Positions 50,356 through 60,953 are shown, counted from the first letter of the stretch. The stretch is 64,000 bases of DNA from Armatimonadota bacterium (GCA_031400935.1 JANNQV010000045.1:1-64000); one strand, 5' to 3'. Notes: generated from the letters alone by a model not told the origin. Numbers and translations: made by a program.

Positions 50356-51198
50356 TTATTGACCGAAATTCTTGGCCAGAGGTTTGATACGTGATGAAAT
50401 ATTCACATCCTTATCAGTAGCACAAATACTGATGTACTTTCTTGCAATCTTCTTGAACTTGAGGGCGATTGAAGCAGAGTCTGGTGTCACTTTCGTCTCA
50501 TTTGCCTTGGTGATATACAAATAGATGTCAATAACATCTGGCATTGTCTCCGCAATGTTCTTTTCTATTAGTCCAACGGCCGCATTCAGTCGGTGCAGAT
50601 TGACCGGACCATGGAACTTAGCCCACTTCAGAAATTTCAGCGCTTCTTCGAGTTCGGGAAAATGCTCCTTCGCTTCAATCTTGCGTAAAGCGCAAATAGC
50701 TGCGTAATGGATGTTCCAACCGTCTGGGCGCTCGACAATTCTCTTCAAAATGGGTCCCGCAGATTTGCTCCTAATTTCTCCTGCTGCATTTATCGCGCTA
50801 CGTTTGCTATACACATCCGGATCACTTAACGTGTCAAGGTAAATCTGTTCCGCATCATTGTGTGGATGCCAGTTTAATACCATCGCAACATGACAACGCA
50901 CATCCCAGAATTCTGAGTCGAATGCCTTAATTAGCAGGTTCCTTGATGCTGAAGTGTTGATTTCGCCAAGACACCTTGCAGCGTAATAGCGAATTTTTTC
51001 GGACTCTTGATTCTGCAAGGCAGGCTCAAGGTAAGGCACGGCCTCATCCTTTTTCTTTACAAGTTCAGCATACGCCCCATTGCAAACAGCATTTCCTTCG
51101 CTCTCAACTCCAAGTTCCCGAATGAGCGCAGGTATTGGTTTCTCTTGAATCCCAAAGGAAATCGAAGTTAGTAAGATCAAAGAACTTAGGATTGCCAT
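50356..51198 (-). CDS. Exported HEAT-repeat protein
   Basis: Signal peptide; AVPYL..AL, IRYYAARCLGEI, repeated helical units. Confidence 0.75.
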   Translation of the reverse strand: MAILSSLILLTSISFGIQEKPIPALIRELGVESEGNAVCNGAYAELVKKKDEAVPYLEPALQNQESEKIRYYAARCLGEINTSASRNLLIKAFDSEFWDVRCHVAMVLNWHPHNDAEQIYLDTLSDPDVYSKRSAINAAGEIRSKSAGPILKRIVERPDGWNIHYAAICALRKIEAKEHFPELEEALKFLKWAKFHGPVNLHRLNAAVGLIEKNIAETMPDVIDIYLYITKANETKVTPDSASIALKFKKIARKYISICATDKDVNISSRIKPLAKNFGQ

Positions 51199-51451
51199 GG
51201 TTTCGCCCCCATTAGTTAGCTGACGAACAAGTTTCAGTTTTGAGTTCTCAGAATGATGGTTCCCAAAACATGTTCAGTAAGCAAGTTCAATTTTGCTTTA
51301 AGTCAATAATGGCACAAACAATCGAAAAAGGGACCACCTACGCATTCCTGAGCGATTATGGGAGTAATGCTGCTGCTGGTCAAGTTCGAAATCGCTGCCA
51401 TAGAAGCTGCTTTTGAACGTGCGGCCAAATAGGGTTAGACGATTCGAAATT

Positions 51452-51550
51452 CAGGCCCCGATCCTCGGGGCTGGGAATATGAGCTATATTCGTACCCGGA
51501 GTCTCGCAGATTCGACTCCGGGCTTTTAGGCTCTGATCCCTCTGGGATCA
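51452..51550. repeat. Three-hairpin REP-like element
   Basis: GCCCCG-atcct-CGGGGC; CCCGGAGTC..GACTCCGGG; TGATCCC-tct-GGGATCA. Confidence 0.55.
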
Positions 51551-51707
51551 ATTTTCAACAATCACCATTCGGATGGTTTCTCAACAATCTTTTGAGGGTC
51601 GGTTCTCAACGTGCTCTTCAGATTCGTTCCTCAACAACCCCCAAAAGCGAACGAGGAATTACAGCAACGCCACTTTGAACATTCAGATTGTTAGCCCCCG
51701 CTTAGCA

Positions 51708-51749
51708 ACAAAAAGCTCGCCTTCGCAAATGCGATGGCGGGCTTTTTGT
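51708..51749 (-). terminator. Bidirectional terminator downstream of the S8 protease
   Basis: ACAAAAAGCTCGCC.TCGCA-aa-TGCGA.GGCGGGCTTTTTGT. Confidence 0.75.
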
Positions 51750-51754
51750 CTCAA

Positions 51755-53566
51755 CTAATCACCAGACAAGACGAAGTTAAACGGGTTAGCAAGGCCGCTA
51801 TCGCTGCCCCAAATGGCGCGGTTGTCCTGGACTGTTACTGTGCCCCATAATGCCCTTGATCCACCCAGGATTTCTGAGTTGACTCGCCAAATGGTATCGG
51901 CAGTAACCTTGATATCGCTACCCCAAATGGCCCGGCTTCCCCAGATTTGGCTGGCATCAATAGTTCCCGTTCCCCAAATTGTCTTTGCTCCGCAGAACAA
52001 ACTGGCTGCGTCGAGCTTTACGCTTCCATCAGCCATGACCGATAGCGTCGGGCTAAGGGCAGGCACGGTGGCGACGATTTTGCTTCGCATTGCCGCTGAA
52101 ACGTCTAGGAATCCAGCACCGAACGTGCCAGGATCGTAGACTCCAGCCTGATCGCTCCACTTTGATGCACTCTGCATCAGTCGAGCTTTGACGGTATCTG
52201 GTGAGAGCGTCGGATACTTTTCGAGCATGAGTGCAACGGCGCCAGATACAACTGGAGCAGCCATTGACGTGCCTGAAAGTCGAATGTAATGCGACAAGAT
52301 GACAGAACCTAGGTCGGTGCCTCTTGAACTGCCGTACTTATTGTTGTATATTTCGGATGCCATGACGTGGTTGGCTTCGCCTGCTTCTGAATTGAGGAAC
52401 GAATTCGCGAATCCCAACGAAATGACTCGATTTCCAGGGGCGACGATGTCCGGTTTGAGAACGTGATCGAACACGCTCGGTCCTCTGCCCGAATACGTCG
52501 CAATAAGGTCATCATCACGCTTACCTGATTCTGCGATTTTCATCGCGCCCACAGTAATCGCATACGGGCTGTTGCCTGGCGATTCGATTGAGCCGTAGTT
52601 TACTCCCCAGCCTTCGTTTTCGAGTCCTTTGGCCTGTTCCGTAAACTTTCGTCCGGTGTTTCCGGCCGCAGCGACGACGACAATTCCGCTTTTCCAAAGC
52701 TTTTCAACCATTAAACAAAGAGGATCGGTCGTGTGCGATTCGGCGATACTGTGGCCCAACGATATGTTCACGACGCGAATGTTGTATTTAGCCCTGTTTG
52801 CCAACGTCCATTCGAGACCTGCCATAACCGATGATACTGTGCCAGAGCCTGTGTGATCGAGCACGCGGACCGATACGAGTTTAGACGACGGAGCAGAGCC
52901 AAACACGGACTGAACAGCACTATTTCCCTGAGCCATATTTGAATTGCCAGCGATGAGTCCGGCGACATGGGTTCCATGACCGCAATCGTCGTAGTTTGTG
53001 GCGATCGTGTTTGCAAAATTCACTCGGGCGATGACACGGCTGTTGAAGATTGACGAACCGGTAAGGTCTTCGTGACCCGCAATCCCGCTGTCTACAACGG
53101 CCACGGTGACGCCGTTGCCTCGCACCCCATAATCGCCCCAAACAAATTTCGCTCCAGAATGTTCGACTGTAAATGCATCCGACTTTCCGACTCTCATGTC
53201 CCATGAAATACGCTTCACGAACGGCTTGTCTGCAAGCGACTTGATCGCACTCATCGGCAAATTCAAGCTGAATGCATTTATTGAGCCGAACCTATGCTTT
53301 ATTTTGCCTTTCAGCTGCTTCATCTGATTGTCGTGTGCAACTGTTTGCTTGCCAGTTAGCTGGACAATTACGTTGTACATCTCTGGGCGGATCGAATCAA
53401 CTTCTTTCTTGACGAAAGAATCGCACTTCAGCCTACGAGTGGAACCTAAATCTGCCGAAGCAAGGACACAAAGTCCAAGCACAAATGCGCTGGAAGCGAT
53501 GAGCCTAGTAAAAGTAGAGTTGCGCTCGGTTCTGATTACAGAACCGACTATAGTCGTTGTTTGCAT
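51755..53566 (-). CDS. S8 (subtilisin-like, AprX-type) serine protease with C-terminal xxWG repeats
   Basis: VAVVDSG, GHGTHVAG, AAGN, SGTSMAAP; tail TIWG/QIWG/AIWG/ALWG/AIWG. Confidence 0.92.
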   Translation of the reverse strand: MQTTTIVGSVIRTERNSTFTRLIASSAFVLGLCVLASADLGSTRRLKCDSFVKKEVDSIRPEMYNVIVQLTGKQTVAHDNQMKQLKGKIKHRFGSINAFSLNLPMSAIKSLADKPFVKRISWDMRVGKSDAFTVEHSGAKFVWGDYGVRGNGVTVAVVDSGIAGHEDLTGSSIFNSRVIARVNFANTIATNYDDCGHGTHVAGLIAGNSNMAQGNSAVQSVFGSAPSSKLVSVRVLDHTGSGTVSSVMAGLEWTLANRAKYNIRVVNISLGHSIAESHTTDPLCLMVEKLWKSGIVVVAAAGNTGRKFTEQAKGLENEGWGVNYGSIESPGNSPYAITVGAMKIAESGKRDDDLIATYSGRGPSVFDHVLKPDIVAPGNRVISLGFANSFLNSEAGEANHVMASEIYNNKYGSSRGTDLGSVILSHYIRLSGTSMAAPVVSGAVALMLEKYPTLSPDTVKARLMQSASKWSDQAGVYDPGTFGAGFLDVSAAMRSKIVATVPALSPTLSVMADGSVKLDAASLFCGAKTIWGTGTIDASQIWGSRAIWGSDIKVTADTIWRVNSEILGGSRALWGTVTVQDNRAIWGSDSGLANPFNFVLSGD

Positions 53567-53585
53567 TTCTTCCCTCGAATTGCCT

Positions 53586-53660
53586 ACGGTAACCCGACTT
53601 TCTAGCCCAATTGCCAGACTCGCGGCTTTGCGTCTCCGGTTCGCACCGGGTTTGCCATTT
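53586..53660 (-). ncRNA. c-di-GMP-I (GEMM) riboswitch
   Basis: Minus strand GGCAAACCCGGT-GCGA-ACCGGAGACGCAAAGCCGCGAGTCT...CGGGTTACCG, ending ~20 nt before the ATG; GNRA tetraloop. Confidence 0.85.
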
Positions 53661-53949
53661 CTAAAGCTTTGGTTGACTCAGAAGCTAGCCATACAGAATC
53701 CAGCCGAGCTAATGGTCAGTAGGCATCTTGTTCCGCAAGACGGTATGACAACTTAACGTATGAATACCTGAAGTGTCGAATTCTGTTAAGAAAATAGTAA
53801 TAGCAGTTCAGCAGTTAGCGTTAAGGTTTGAAAATGTAGGTGTACTAATACTTAATCATTATCTATTACTTTGTATAGGTAGTAGTATCGAGGAAGCAGT
53901 GCTTTTTGGGTTTTTTTTTCGAATGTCTCGAGGCTTTGAAAAGTGGGGT

Positions 53950-54525
53950 TTAGATCTTTCTGAATTCTTCGATAGCCCTTCGTCTGGCTCGTAATTGCAA
54001 ATATCGCGCGACCGGAAGTCCGAGCCAAAACCAAATCGAATTCGGCATTGAGGTGCTCCAGACTCTCAGTTTGAGCCTTTCATCTATCGCTTCCAGCCTT
54101 GCCTGCCAGATGCCTCTTCCGTGGTGATTCTCAGTTGTCACGTAACCAAAGTGGCAATAGCGTGGCTTGGACTTGTTGCCGGTATTCAATTCTTCTGAAT
54201 AGGAAGTCGTAGTTTTTGACCTTTCTGCAACAAATATCTCGACAACACTGCGCAGTTTCGGCCCTCCAAATCTGCCAATTAGCGGGGCATATTGGAAAAT
54301 GCGGTCTCCAACTTGAATCAGACGTTTTTCACTTTGGAACTCGCCGTTCACAACGACTGCATCGTTTGGATAGTACTTTCCGTTTAACATGCGCTTGCAA
54401 ATATCGTCGAATCTGTCGCCAGAATTTCGGCCTACATCGTACGTCTTGTCATCTTCGAAGACGATCAAGGCGCGCTTGCCACCAGTTTCGGGATGCCATG
54501 TAAGAGTCAGGTTTTCCGGAACCAC
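53950..54525 (-). CDS. DUF1990-like protein
   Basis: FGYVTTENHHGRG, S.P..W..LG.P.AR..Q. Confidence 0.6.
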   Translation of the reverse strand: MVPENLTLTWHPETGGKRALIVFEDDKTYDVGRNSGDRFDDICKRMLNGKYYPNDAVVVNGEFQSEKRLIQVGDRIFQYAPLIGRFGGPKLRSVVEIFVAERSKTTTSYSEELNTGNKSKPRYCHFGYVTTENHHGRGIWQARLEAIDERLKLRVWSTSMPNSIWFWLGLPVARYLQLRARRRAIEEFRKI

Positions 54526-54564
54526 GGCAATAGTATTCCATAGTTTCTAGTATTATTGAAATAT

Positions 54565-55521
54565 ATGAAAATTGTAATTGCAGGAGGTTCTGGGAATGTA
54601 GGGGCGATCTTGGTCCGACACTTCATAGCCATGGAGGACGAAATAGTCGTTTTCAGCAGGTCGAAACGTGAGATTGATGGAGTTCGAGTCGTTGGCTGGG
54701 ATGGCAAGAATTCTGGAGAATGGTGTAGTGAACTTGATGGCACAGATGTTGTCGTCAACCTTGCGGGGCGGTCCGTTAACTGCCGATACTCAGAAACCAA
54801 TCTGAAGCAAATGATGGATAGCCGCGTCGAGTCTACTCAGATCATCAGTGAAGCAATTTCGAATTGCAAAAATTCTCCGAAGGTATGGCTTCAGGCTTCA
54901 ACAGCAACTATTTATTCGCACAGATTCGAAGCCCCGAACGATGAACTCACCGGAATTCTAGGTGGAGGCGAGTTGAGTGCTCCATATAAATGGGACGCAA
55001 GCATTGGGATAGCAAAGGCATGGGAGAATACGTTTTTTGAAGCGAAAACTCCCAACACTAAAAAGATTGCGATGCGTAGTGCCATGACGATGTCGCCTGA
55101 TAGGGGAAGTGTTTTTGACGTACTTCTTGGGCTCGCAAAGAGAGGTTTGGGAGGAAACTTGGGCAATGGAAAGCAATATGTTTCTTGGATTCACGAACAT
55201 GACTTTGCACGGGCCGTTCAGTTCCTGATCGAAAGCGAGCAATTGGAAGGCGCTATAAATGTTTGCGCACCAAATCCTTTGCCTCAAACTGAATTCGCAA
55301 ATACATTGCGAGCGGCTGCAGGAAGAGGTATTGGATTGCCAACACCAAAATGGCTTGTTGAAATTGGTTGCTTGTTGATGAAAACAGAATCGGAACTAGT
55401 GCTCAAGAGCAGAAGGGTGATTCCAACTCGACTCCTTGAAGCAGGGTTCGAGTTTGAGTTTCCAAATTGGGAATCTGCTTGCAAGGATTTGGTAGCCCGA
55501 TACAGTGCATCAACAATGTAA
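54565..55521 (+). CDS. TIGR01777 family NAD-dependent epimerase/oxidoreductase
   Basis: IVIAGGSG.VG, VNLAG, G.GKQYVSWIH, P.RL.E.GF.F. Confidence 0.9.
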   Translation: MKIVIAGGSGNVGAILVRHFIAMEDEIVVFSRSKREIDGVRVVGWDGKNSGEWCSELDGTDVVVNLAGRSVNCRYSETNLKQMMDSRVESTQIISEAISNCKNSPKVWLQASTATIYSHRFEAPNDELTGILGGGELSAPYKWDASIGIAKAWENTFFEAKTPNTKKIAMRSAMTMSPDRGSVFDVLLGLAKRGLGGNLGNGKQYVSWIHEHDFARAVQFLIESEQLEGAINVCAPNPLPQTEFANTLRAAAGRGIGLPTPKWLVEIGCLLMKTESELVLKSRRVIPTRLLEAGFEFEFPNWESACKDLVARYSASTM

Positions 55522-55625
55522 CGATGTAGAGATCTTGATCCGCAACTCCGGACTGCTAGTTCCATGCTAAAATATCGAATTCCCCGACAGTGCCGTTGGG
55601 ACCGCTTTTTGGAGCGCACGAAACA

Positions 55626-55805
55626 ATGTCAGATACAAAAAAGGCCCAATGCCCACTTTGCGCAGTAATGCTCGGACTTCCTGCTTCGCCGGAAGTCGGC
55701 GAACTCCTTGATTGCCCAGAATGTGGCGAAGAACTTGAGATTCTCGCTCTGGAGCCCCCAAAGCTAGCAAAGGCACCTGAGGAAGAAGAGGACTGGGGAG
55801 AATAG
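55626..55805 (+). CDS. lysW: Amino-group carrier protein LysW
   Basis: CPLC..CPECG zinc ribbon; C-terminal EEDWGE. Confidence 0.95.
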   Translation: MSDTKKAQCPLCAVMLGLPASPEVGELLDCPECGEELEILALEPPKLAKAPEEEEDWGE

Positions 55806-55811
55806 AGCCCA

Positions 55812-56669
55812 TTGCCAACCCATTCTAAAATCGGCATTCTTTGTTCATTGATCCGTCCCGAAGAAAAGATGATCTTCGAGGCGTTTCGAAACCGAGGCGT
55901 TGAATTTGAACGAATTGATGACCGCGAACTCATCCTCGACTTGAACTCGATGGAATCGCCCTATGGAGTGATTTTAGAAAGGTGCATCAACCACTCCCGT
56001 GCCCTCCACACGCTGAAGTATTTTAACGACCGTGGAGTTCGAACGGTAAACAAATATGAAACTGCCAACATTTGCGGCGACAAGCTGCTGACTTCCTTCG
56101 CGCTTGTCAAAGCTGGCGTTCCCGTTCCTCGAAACATGGTGGCTTATACCGAGGAGTCGGCAATTCAAGCCATTGAGGAAATGGGCTATCCGGTAGTTTT
56201 GAAGCCCGCCGTAGGTTCGTGGGGGCGGTTACTCGCCAAAATAAACGATCGCGATGCGGCTGAAGCGGTTCTCGAACACAAAAAGGTCTTGGGTTCGTAC
56301 CACCATTCGACTTATTACATTCAAGAGTTCATTCCCACCGGTGGGAGCGACATTCGCGCATTTGTTATTGGTGGCGTTCTGATCGCGGCGATCAATCGAA
56401 AAGCAGACCACTGGATCACGAATACGGCTCGAGGCGGAATTGCCTCAAACTATCCGCTAAACAAGGATCTCGCCGACATTTGCGAAACCGCTGCGAAAGC
56501 CGTGGATGGCGATATCGTGGCGATTGACGTCTTTGAAACGCCTAACGGATACCTAATCAACGAAGTTAATTACACCATGGAATTTCGTAACTCCATCGAG
56601 ACAACCGGCGTGGACATTCCAGGAAAAATTGCGGAATACGTGATCGAGCTGGCACGGAGCCGCGCTTGA
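55812..56669 (+). CDS. lysX: LysW-amino acid ligase LysX/ArgX (ATP-grasp)
   Basis: [34 protein letters not shown]. Confidence 0.93.
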   Translation: MPTHSKIGILCSLIRPEEKMIFEAFRNRGVEFERIDDRELILDLNSMESPYGVILERCINHSRALHTLKYFNDRGVRTVNKYETANICGDKLLTSFALVKAGVPVPRNMVAYTEESAIQAIEEMGYPVVLKPAVGSWGRLLAKINDRDAAEAVLEHKKVLGSYHHSTYYIQEFIPTGGSDIRAFVIGGVLIAAINRKADHWITNTARGGIASNYPLNKDLADICETAAKAVDGDIVAIDVFETPNGYLINEVNYTMEFRNSIETTGVDIPGKIAEYVIELARSRA

Positions 56670-57709
56670 TTGACGTCAGCATTGTGGGCGGTTCGGGGTA
56701 TACGGGCGGCGAGGCGCTTCGAATTCTGTTGGGGCATCCCGAATTCAACGTGAAGCAAATCACTAGCGAAAAGAACGCCGGCAAGTTTGTCCACATTGCA
56801 CACCCAAACTTGAGATCAGTTACGAAGCTGAAATACTCTTCCATTAACGATCTGGAACCCGCCGAATGGCTTCTTTTGTGCCTTCCTCATGGAGAGAGCC
56901 AAATTCGAATCGCAGATTTAGAAAAGCTTGCGTCGCGTATTGCCGATCTTTCAGCTGACTTTCGAATTCGAGATGAGGCGTTGTACCAAAAATACTACGG
57001 AGATCCTCACCGATTGCCTGCTCGATTGGGAAGCTTTGTTTACTCTCTTCCCGAACGGCACCGTGATGACATACGTTTGGCCACGCATTTGAGCGGATGC
57101 GGATGCATCGCTACAAGCGTAATCACGGCTCTTTGGCCGCTTTTTCAGGCTGGAATTATCAAAGACCGCCGTATATGGGTGGACGCCAAGATCGGATCAT
57201 CCGCTGCAGGCGCTTCTCCATCCGAAGGCTCTCATCATCCCGAACGAGCGGGTGCGCTTCGAAGTTTCAAACCGACTGGACATCGGCACACCGCAGAAAT
57301 CATCGAGAACCTGACAACTGACAATGGAAGACCGGAAGTCCACCTTTCGGCAACGGCTACCGACGCAGTTCGCGGAATTCTTAGTACATGCCAGTTGATT
57401 CTTTCAAGACCGATGACCGAGCTCGAAATTCGCACGATCTACCGCGAAGCCTATAGCGACGAACCGTTTATTCGAATTGTAAAGGAAACTCGTGGAATCT
57501 ACCGTTACCCCGAACCCAAATTGCTCGCCGGAACGAATTTTTGCGACATTGGCTTTGAATTGGATGAGGAAACAGGTCGGCTTGTTGTTATGTCTGCGAT
57601 CGACAATTTGGTGAAGGGAAGTGCCGGAAATGTGGTTCAAGGAATGAACATCGTCCACGGATTCGACGAGAAAGCTGGGCTGGAGTTTCCGGGGCTCCAT
57701 CCGGTGTAA
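56666..57709 (+). CDS. lysY: LysW-aminoadipyl/glutamyl-phosphate reductase (ArgC-like)
   Basis: [35 protein letters not shown]. Confidence 0.9.
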   Translation: MIDVSIVGGSGYTGGEALRILLGHPEFNVKQITSEKNAGKFVHIAHPNLRSVTKLKYSSINDLEPAEWLLLCLPHGESQIRIADLEKLASRIADLSADFRIRDEALYQKYYGDPHRLPARLGSFVYSLPERHRDDIRLATHLSGCGCIATSVITALWPLFQAGIIKDRRIWVDAKIGSSAAGASPSEGSHHPERAGALRSFKPTGHRHTAEIIENLTTDNGRPEVHLSATATDAVRGILSTCQLILSRPMTELEIRTIYREAYSDEPFIRIVKETRGIYRYPEPKLLAGTNFCDIGFELDEETGRLVVMSAIDNLVKGSAGNVVQGMNIVHGFDEKAGLEFPGLHPV

Positions 57710-57714
57710 CTGCA

Positions 57715-58578
57715 ATGATTATCGTCAAAATCGGCGGAGCGAAAGGCATAGATGACGGTCCTGTTCTCGACGACATTCATGATCTTGTTGCTAAAGGTGA
57801 ACGTGTAATTTTGGTTCACGGCGGTTCCGAAGAAACCAATGAATTGTCAACTCAACTAGGGCATCCTCCGAAATTCGTGACTTCGATTTCTGGTTTTTCG
57901 AGCCGTTTCACAGATCGCCGCACGATGGAGATTTTTACGATGGTCTATTGCGGCCGTCGAAACAAGGCGATTGTCGAGGGGCTTCAGCAACGAGGAGTGG
58001 ATGCTGTGGGCCTGAGCGGTGCAGATGGCCGAATCTTTGAAGGGACGATCAAGACATCCGTAAAGGTTATCGAAAACGGCAAGAAGCTTGTTCTGCACGG
58101 CGACCACACGGGAAGAGTCACGCAAGTAAACCGGAAACTGCTTGATCTGCTTTTGGACAACGGTTATCTTCCAGTCCTCACTCCTCCAGCCATTTCAACG
58201 GAATCGTCAATCTTGATGAACGTAGACGGCGACAGAGCCTCAGCTATTTTGGCATCTGCGTATAGTGCCGAGGTTCTTGTCATTCTCAGTAACGTGCCGG
58301 GACTGCTGAAGGACATTAATTCCGTTCATGCCGATCCACAAAACCTTGTGGCACACGTGGACCTAAGCACTTCCCAGAACCCGTACGAATTCGCAGAGGG
58401 ACGCATGAAGAAGAAGATTATGGGAGCGATAGAGGCCATAGAGAATGGCGTAAAGCGGGTCGTTTTCTCGGCTGCGAATTACCCGAACCCAATCGTATCC
58501 GCCCTTGGCGGCAAAGGGACGCACATCTTTGCTTCGACTGGCACGATATTTAAAGCGAGTGAAGCCGATGCAGAGTAA
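57715..58578 (+). CDS. lysZ: LysW-aminoadipate/glutamate kinase (ArgB-like)
   Basis: VKIGG, VHGGS, SRFTD, NVDGDR, MKKK. Confidence 0.9.
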   Translation: MIIVKIGGAKGIDDGPVLDDIHDLVAKGERVILVHGGSEETNELSTQLGHPPKFVTSISGFSSRFTDRRTMEIFTMVYCGRRNKAIVEGLQQRGVDAVGLSGADGRIFEGTIKTSVKVIENGKKLVLHGDHTGRVTQVNRKLLDLLLDNGYLPVLTPPAISTESSILMNVDGDRASAILASAYSAEVLVILSNVPGLLKDINSVHADPQNLVAHVDLSTSQNPYEFAEGRMKKKIMGAIEAIENGVKRVVFSAANYPNPIVSALGGKGTHIFASTGTIFKASEADAE

Positions 58579-59743
58579 CGACCCACGAGAATTCGAGAAC
58601 CGGTTCGGCGCAGGAACCTATCAGAAGCGAGACATTGCAATTGTCCGCGGCGAAGGATGCTATGTTTTCGAGGCCGATGGCAAACGGTATCTCGACTGCG
58701 TAGCAGGCATCGGTTCGGCACTCCTCGGACATGCTCACCCTGCCATCGTCAAAGCTGTTACAGAACAGGTAAAGACAATTTCATCCGTTCCTGAACTGTT
58801 TTGCAACCCGGTTCGAGCTGAGTTTCAAGAGAGGTTTGTAGCCACCTTACCGCAGTCCTTTGAGCGAGTCTTTTTGTGCAATTCTGGAACGGAAGCCATT
58901 GAAGGCGCGCTCAAGTTTGCAAGGCTCGCAACAGGTAAGCACGGAGTTATCGCTCTAAGGGGCGGTTACCACGGAAAGACATTGGGGGCACTTTCGGCGA
59001 CGGCAGAAGAAAAGTATCGTGAACCTTTTGCCCCGCTTCTGGAAGGATTTCGCCACGTCTCAAACCAAAATATCGAGTCGCTATCGCAAGAGCTAAAGAG
59101 CGATCCGCCAGTTGGCGCGTTCGTTTTTGAAACGATTCAGGGCGAGAGCGGAGTTCGCCTTATTGAATCAGGGTTGCTTCAGCAAGCTTGCACGATGGCA
59201 AGAGATGCTGGGGCAATGATTATCGCCGACGAAGTGCAATGCGGCATGGGCCGTACAGGCAAGATGTGGGGATTCGAAGAAGCAGGAATTGAGCCTGACC
59301 TTATCTGCGCGTCAAAGGGTATTGCAGGCGGAATTCCTATGGGTGCAATTGGAATCGGCAATCGGATTCCTCCTTTGCCGCCGCTTTGCCATACTTCAAC
59401 ATTTGGCGGCAACCCTCTCGCTTGCGCCGCTGGTCTTGCGGTGTTGGAAACTCTCCAAGAAGTTAGCTTGCTCGGCAACGCCGACCGCCAGGGAACTAGG
59501 ATCAATGAAGCGATCATCAGGGCTGATCTCAAACGAGTTAGGGAAGTCCGAGGTCGTGGCCTCATGATCGGAATTGAGCTAAAAGAGCACGCTGGGCCTT
59601 TTTTGCAACCTTTGGCAGACTCCGGGCTCCTCGTTCTACTTGCCGGGCAGCGAGTCATTCGGCTGCTTCCGCCCCTGATTCTTGCGGATGATCAGTCTGA
59701 TTTTATCGCGAAAACTTTGATCGAGGTACTTAGCAACTCATGA
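58568..59743 (+). CDS. lysJ: LysW-semialdehyde aminotransferase (class III PLP)
   Basis: NSGTEA, HGKT, DEVQCG.GRTG, SKG, TFGGNP. Confidence 0.9.
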   Translation: MQSNDPREFENRFGAGTYQKRDIAIVRGEGCYVFEADGKRYLDCVAGIGSALLGHAHPAIVKAVTEQVKTISSVPELFCNPVRAEFQERFVATLPQSFERVFLCNSGTEAIEGALKFARLATGKHGVIALRGGYHGKTLGALSATAEEKYREPFAPLLEGFRHVSNQNIESLSQELKSDPPVGAFVFETIQGESGVRLIESGLLQQACTMARDAGAMIIADEVQCGMGRTGKMWGFEEAGIEPDLICASKGIAGGIPMGAIGIGNRIPPLPPLCHTSTFGGNPLACAAGLAVLETLQEVSLLGNADRQGTRINEAIIRADLKRVREVRGRGLMIGIELKEHAGPFLQPLADSGLLVLLAGQRVIRLLPPLILADDQSDFIAKTLIEVLSNS

Positions 59744-60843
59744 CCGCTCTGGCACCCGAGTCCTTTCTTGAGGATTTGGTTCGGATTCGGTCCGTTTCTG
59801 GCGAAGAAGGTGAAGCCAGCGAATTCGCAGTAGCCCAAATGAAGTTGCTTGGCTATTCCGAAGCCTACGTTGATCAAGCAGGCAGTGCTGTCGGCATCTG
59901 GGGCCGAAAGGGCGGTTCGCCCCGCATCATACTTCTCGGCCATATTGATACCGTTCCTGGCTACATCCCGGTTCGCGTTGAGGATTACATCCTTTATGGA
60001 CGCGGATCGGTGGATGCAAAAGGATCTCTCGCGACGTTCATTCATGCTGCTGCGAGCCTCCCCAAGGACACTCAGGCAGAAATTGTAGTGATCGGGGCAA
60101 CTGAAGAAGAGGCCGCTTCATCGAAAGGTGCCCGTCAAGTGCTTTTTGATTGGAGTAAACCTGATTTCTGCATTATCGGCGAGCCGTCTGGGACGAATGG
60201 AGTAACTTTGGGTTACAAGGGAAGGCTTCTCATGGACATTTTAGTAAGTCGCCCAGGAACCCACACGGCCCATGCCCACCAATCGGTAGGCGAGGGTGCA
60301 ATCGCTATATTTGCGAGTTTGCAAAGTCTTGTCAACCGCTTAAATGAAGGCAAGGAGGGCATTTTTGATCGGCTCGATTGCTCTCTTCGAAGCTTCAACA
60401 CGATTTCTGACGGAATTGGGGATGTTGCACAAATGACTCTTGGATTTCGGCTCGGGCCGTCTGATGAACTCAACCGATTGGAATCTGAATTACCTGCCGC
60501 CATAAGTAGCACAGTATTGGAAGACGGCTTTTCGGTCGAGATATCCTTCCGTGGCCAAGAATCGGCGATTCGACGCGACCGCCGCAACCCACTCGTTAGC
60601 GCATTTTTTGCTGCAATCCGCAGCGAGGGCATGGAGCCAAAGACACTGGTCAAAACAGGCACAGCCGATATGAATGTGGTTGGCGCGAAATGGCCATGTC
60701 CAATATGTGCATACGGCCCTGGCGATTCCAGTTTGGATCACACGCCAAACGAACATATTTCGCTCTCCGAATTTGGAACTGCTGTCATGGTTTTACAGGC
60801 CGTTCTGAATCGTCTAATCTCAAAATCGGTTTCTTCTGACTAG
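59740..60843 (+). CDS. lysK: LysW-lysine/ornithine carboxypeptidase (M20)
   Basis: GHIDTV, GRGSVDAKG, EEE, GEPS, YGPGDS.LDHTP.E. Confidence 0.9.
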   Translation: MTALAPESFLEDLVRIRSVSGEEGEASEFAVAQMKLLGYSEAYVDQAGSAVGIWGRKGGSPRIILLGHIDTVPGYIPVRVEDYILYGRGSVDAKGSLATFIHAAASLPKDTQAEIVVIGATEEEAASSKGARQVLFDWSKPDFCIIGEPSGTNGVTLGYKGRLLMDILVSRPGTHTAHAHQSVGEGAIAIFASLQSLVNRLNEGKEGIFDRLDCSLRSFNTISDGIGDVAQMTLGFRLGPSDELNRLESELPAAISSTVLEDGFSVEISFRGQESAIRRDRRNPLVSAFFAAIRSEGMEPKTLVKTGTADMNVVGAKWPCPICAYGPGDSSLDHTPNEHISLSEFGTAVMVLQAVLNRLISKSVSSD

Positions 60844-60953
60844 TTAGTTGCGATCAATTCTTTTGTCTGACCTTCGGAACCGCAATCGAATCTTGAACAA
60901 GAGTATTGTTAGGCAAGATTTTTTGAATCCCCAAAAGTGTTTAAGTCAGAAGG

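Noticed and set aside
51489..51523. Possible attR duplicate of the tRNA-Glu 3' end (CCGGAGT, TTCGACTCC)
   Set aside because: Only a 7-nt match, explained by a local hairpin; no integrase present.
55522..55625. Lysine riboswitch or attenuator before lysW
   Set aside because: The region is too short and lacks L-box motifs or a Lys-rich leader peptide.
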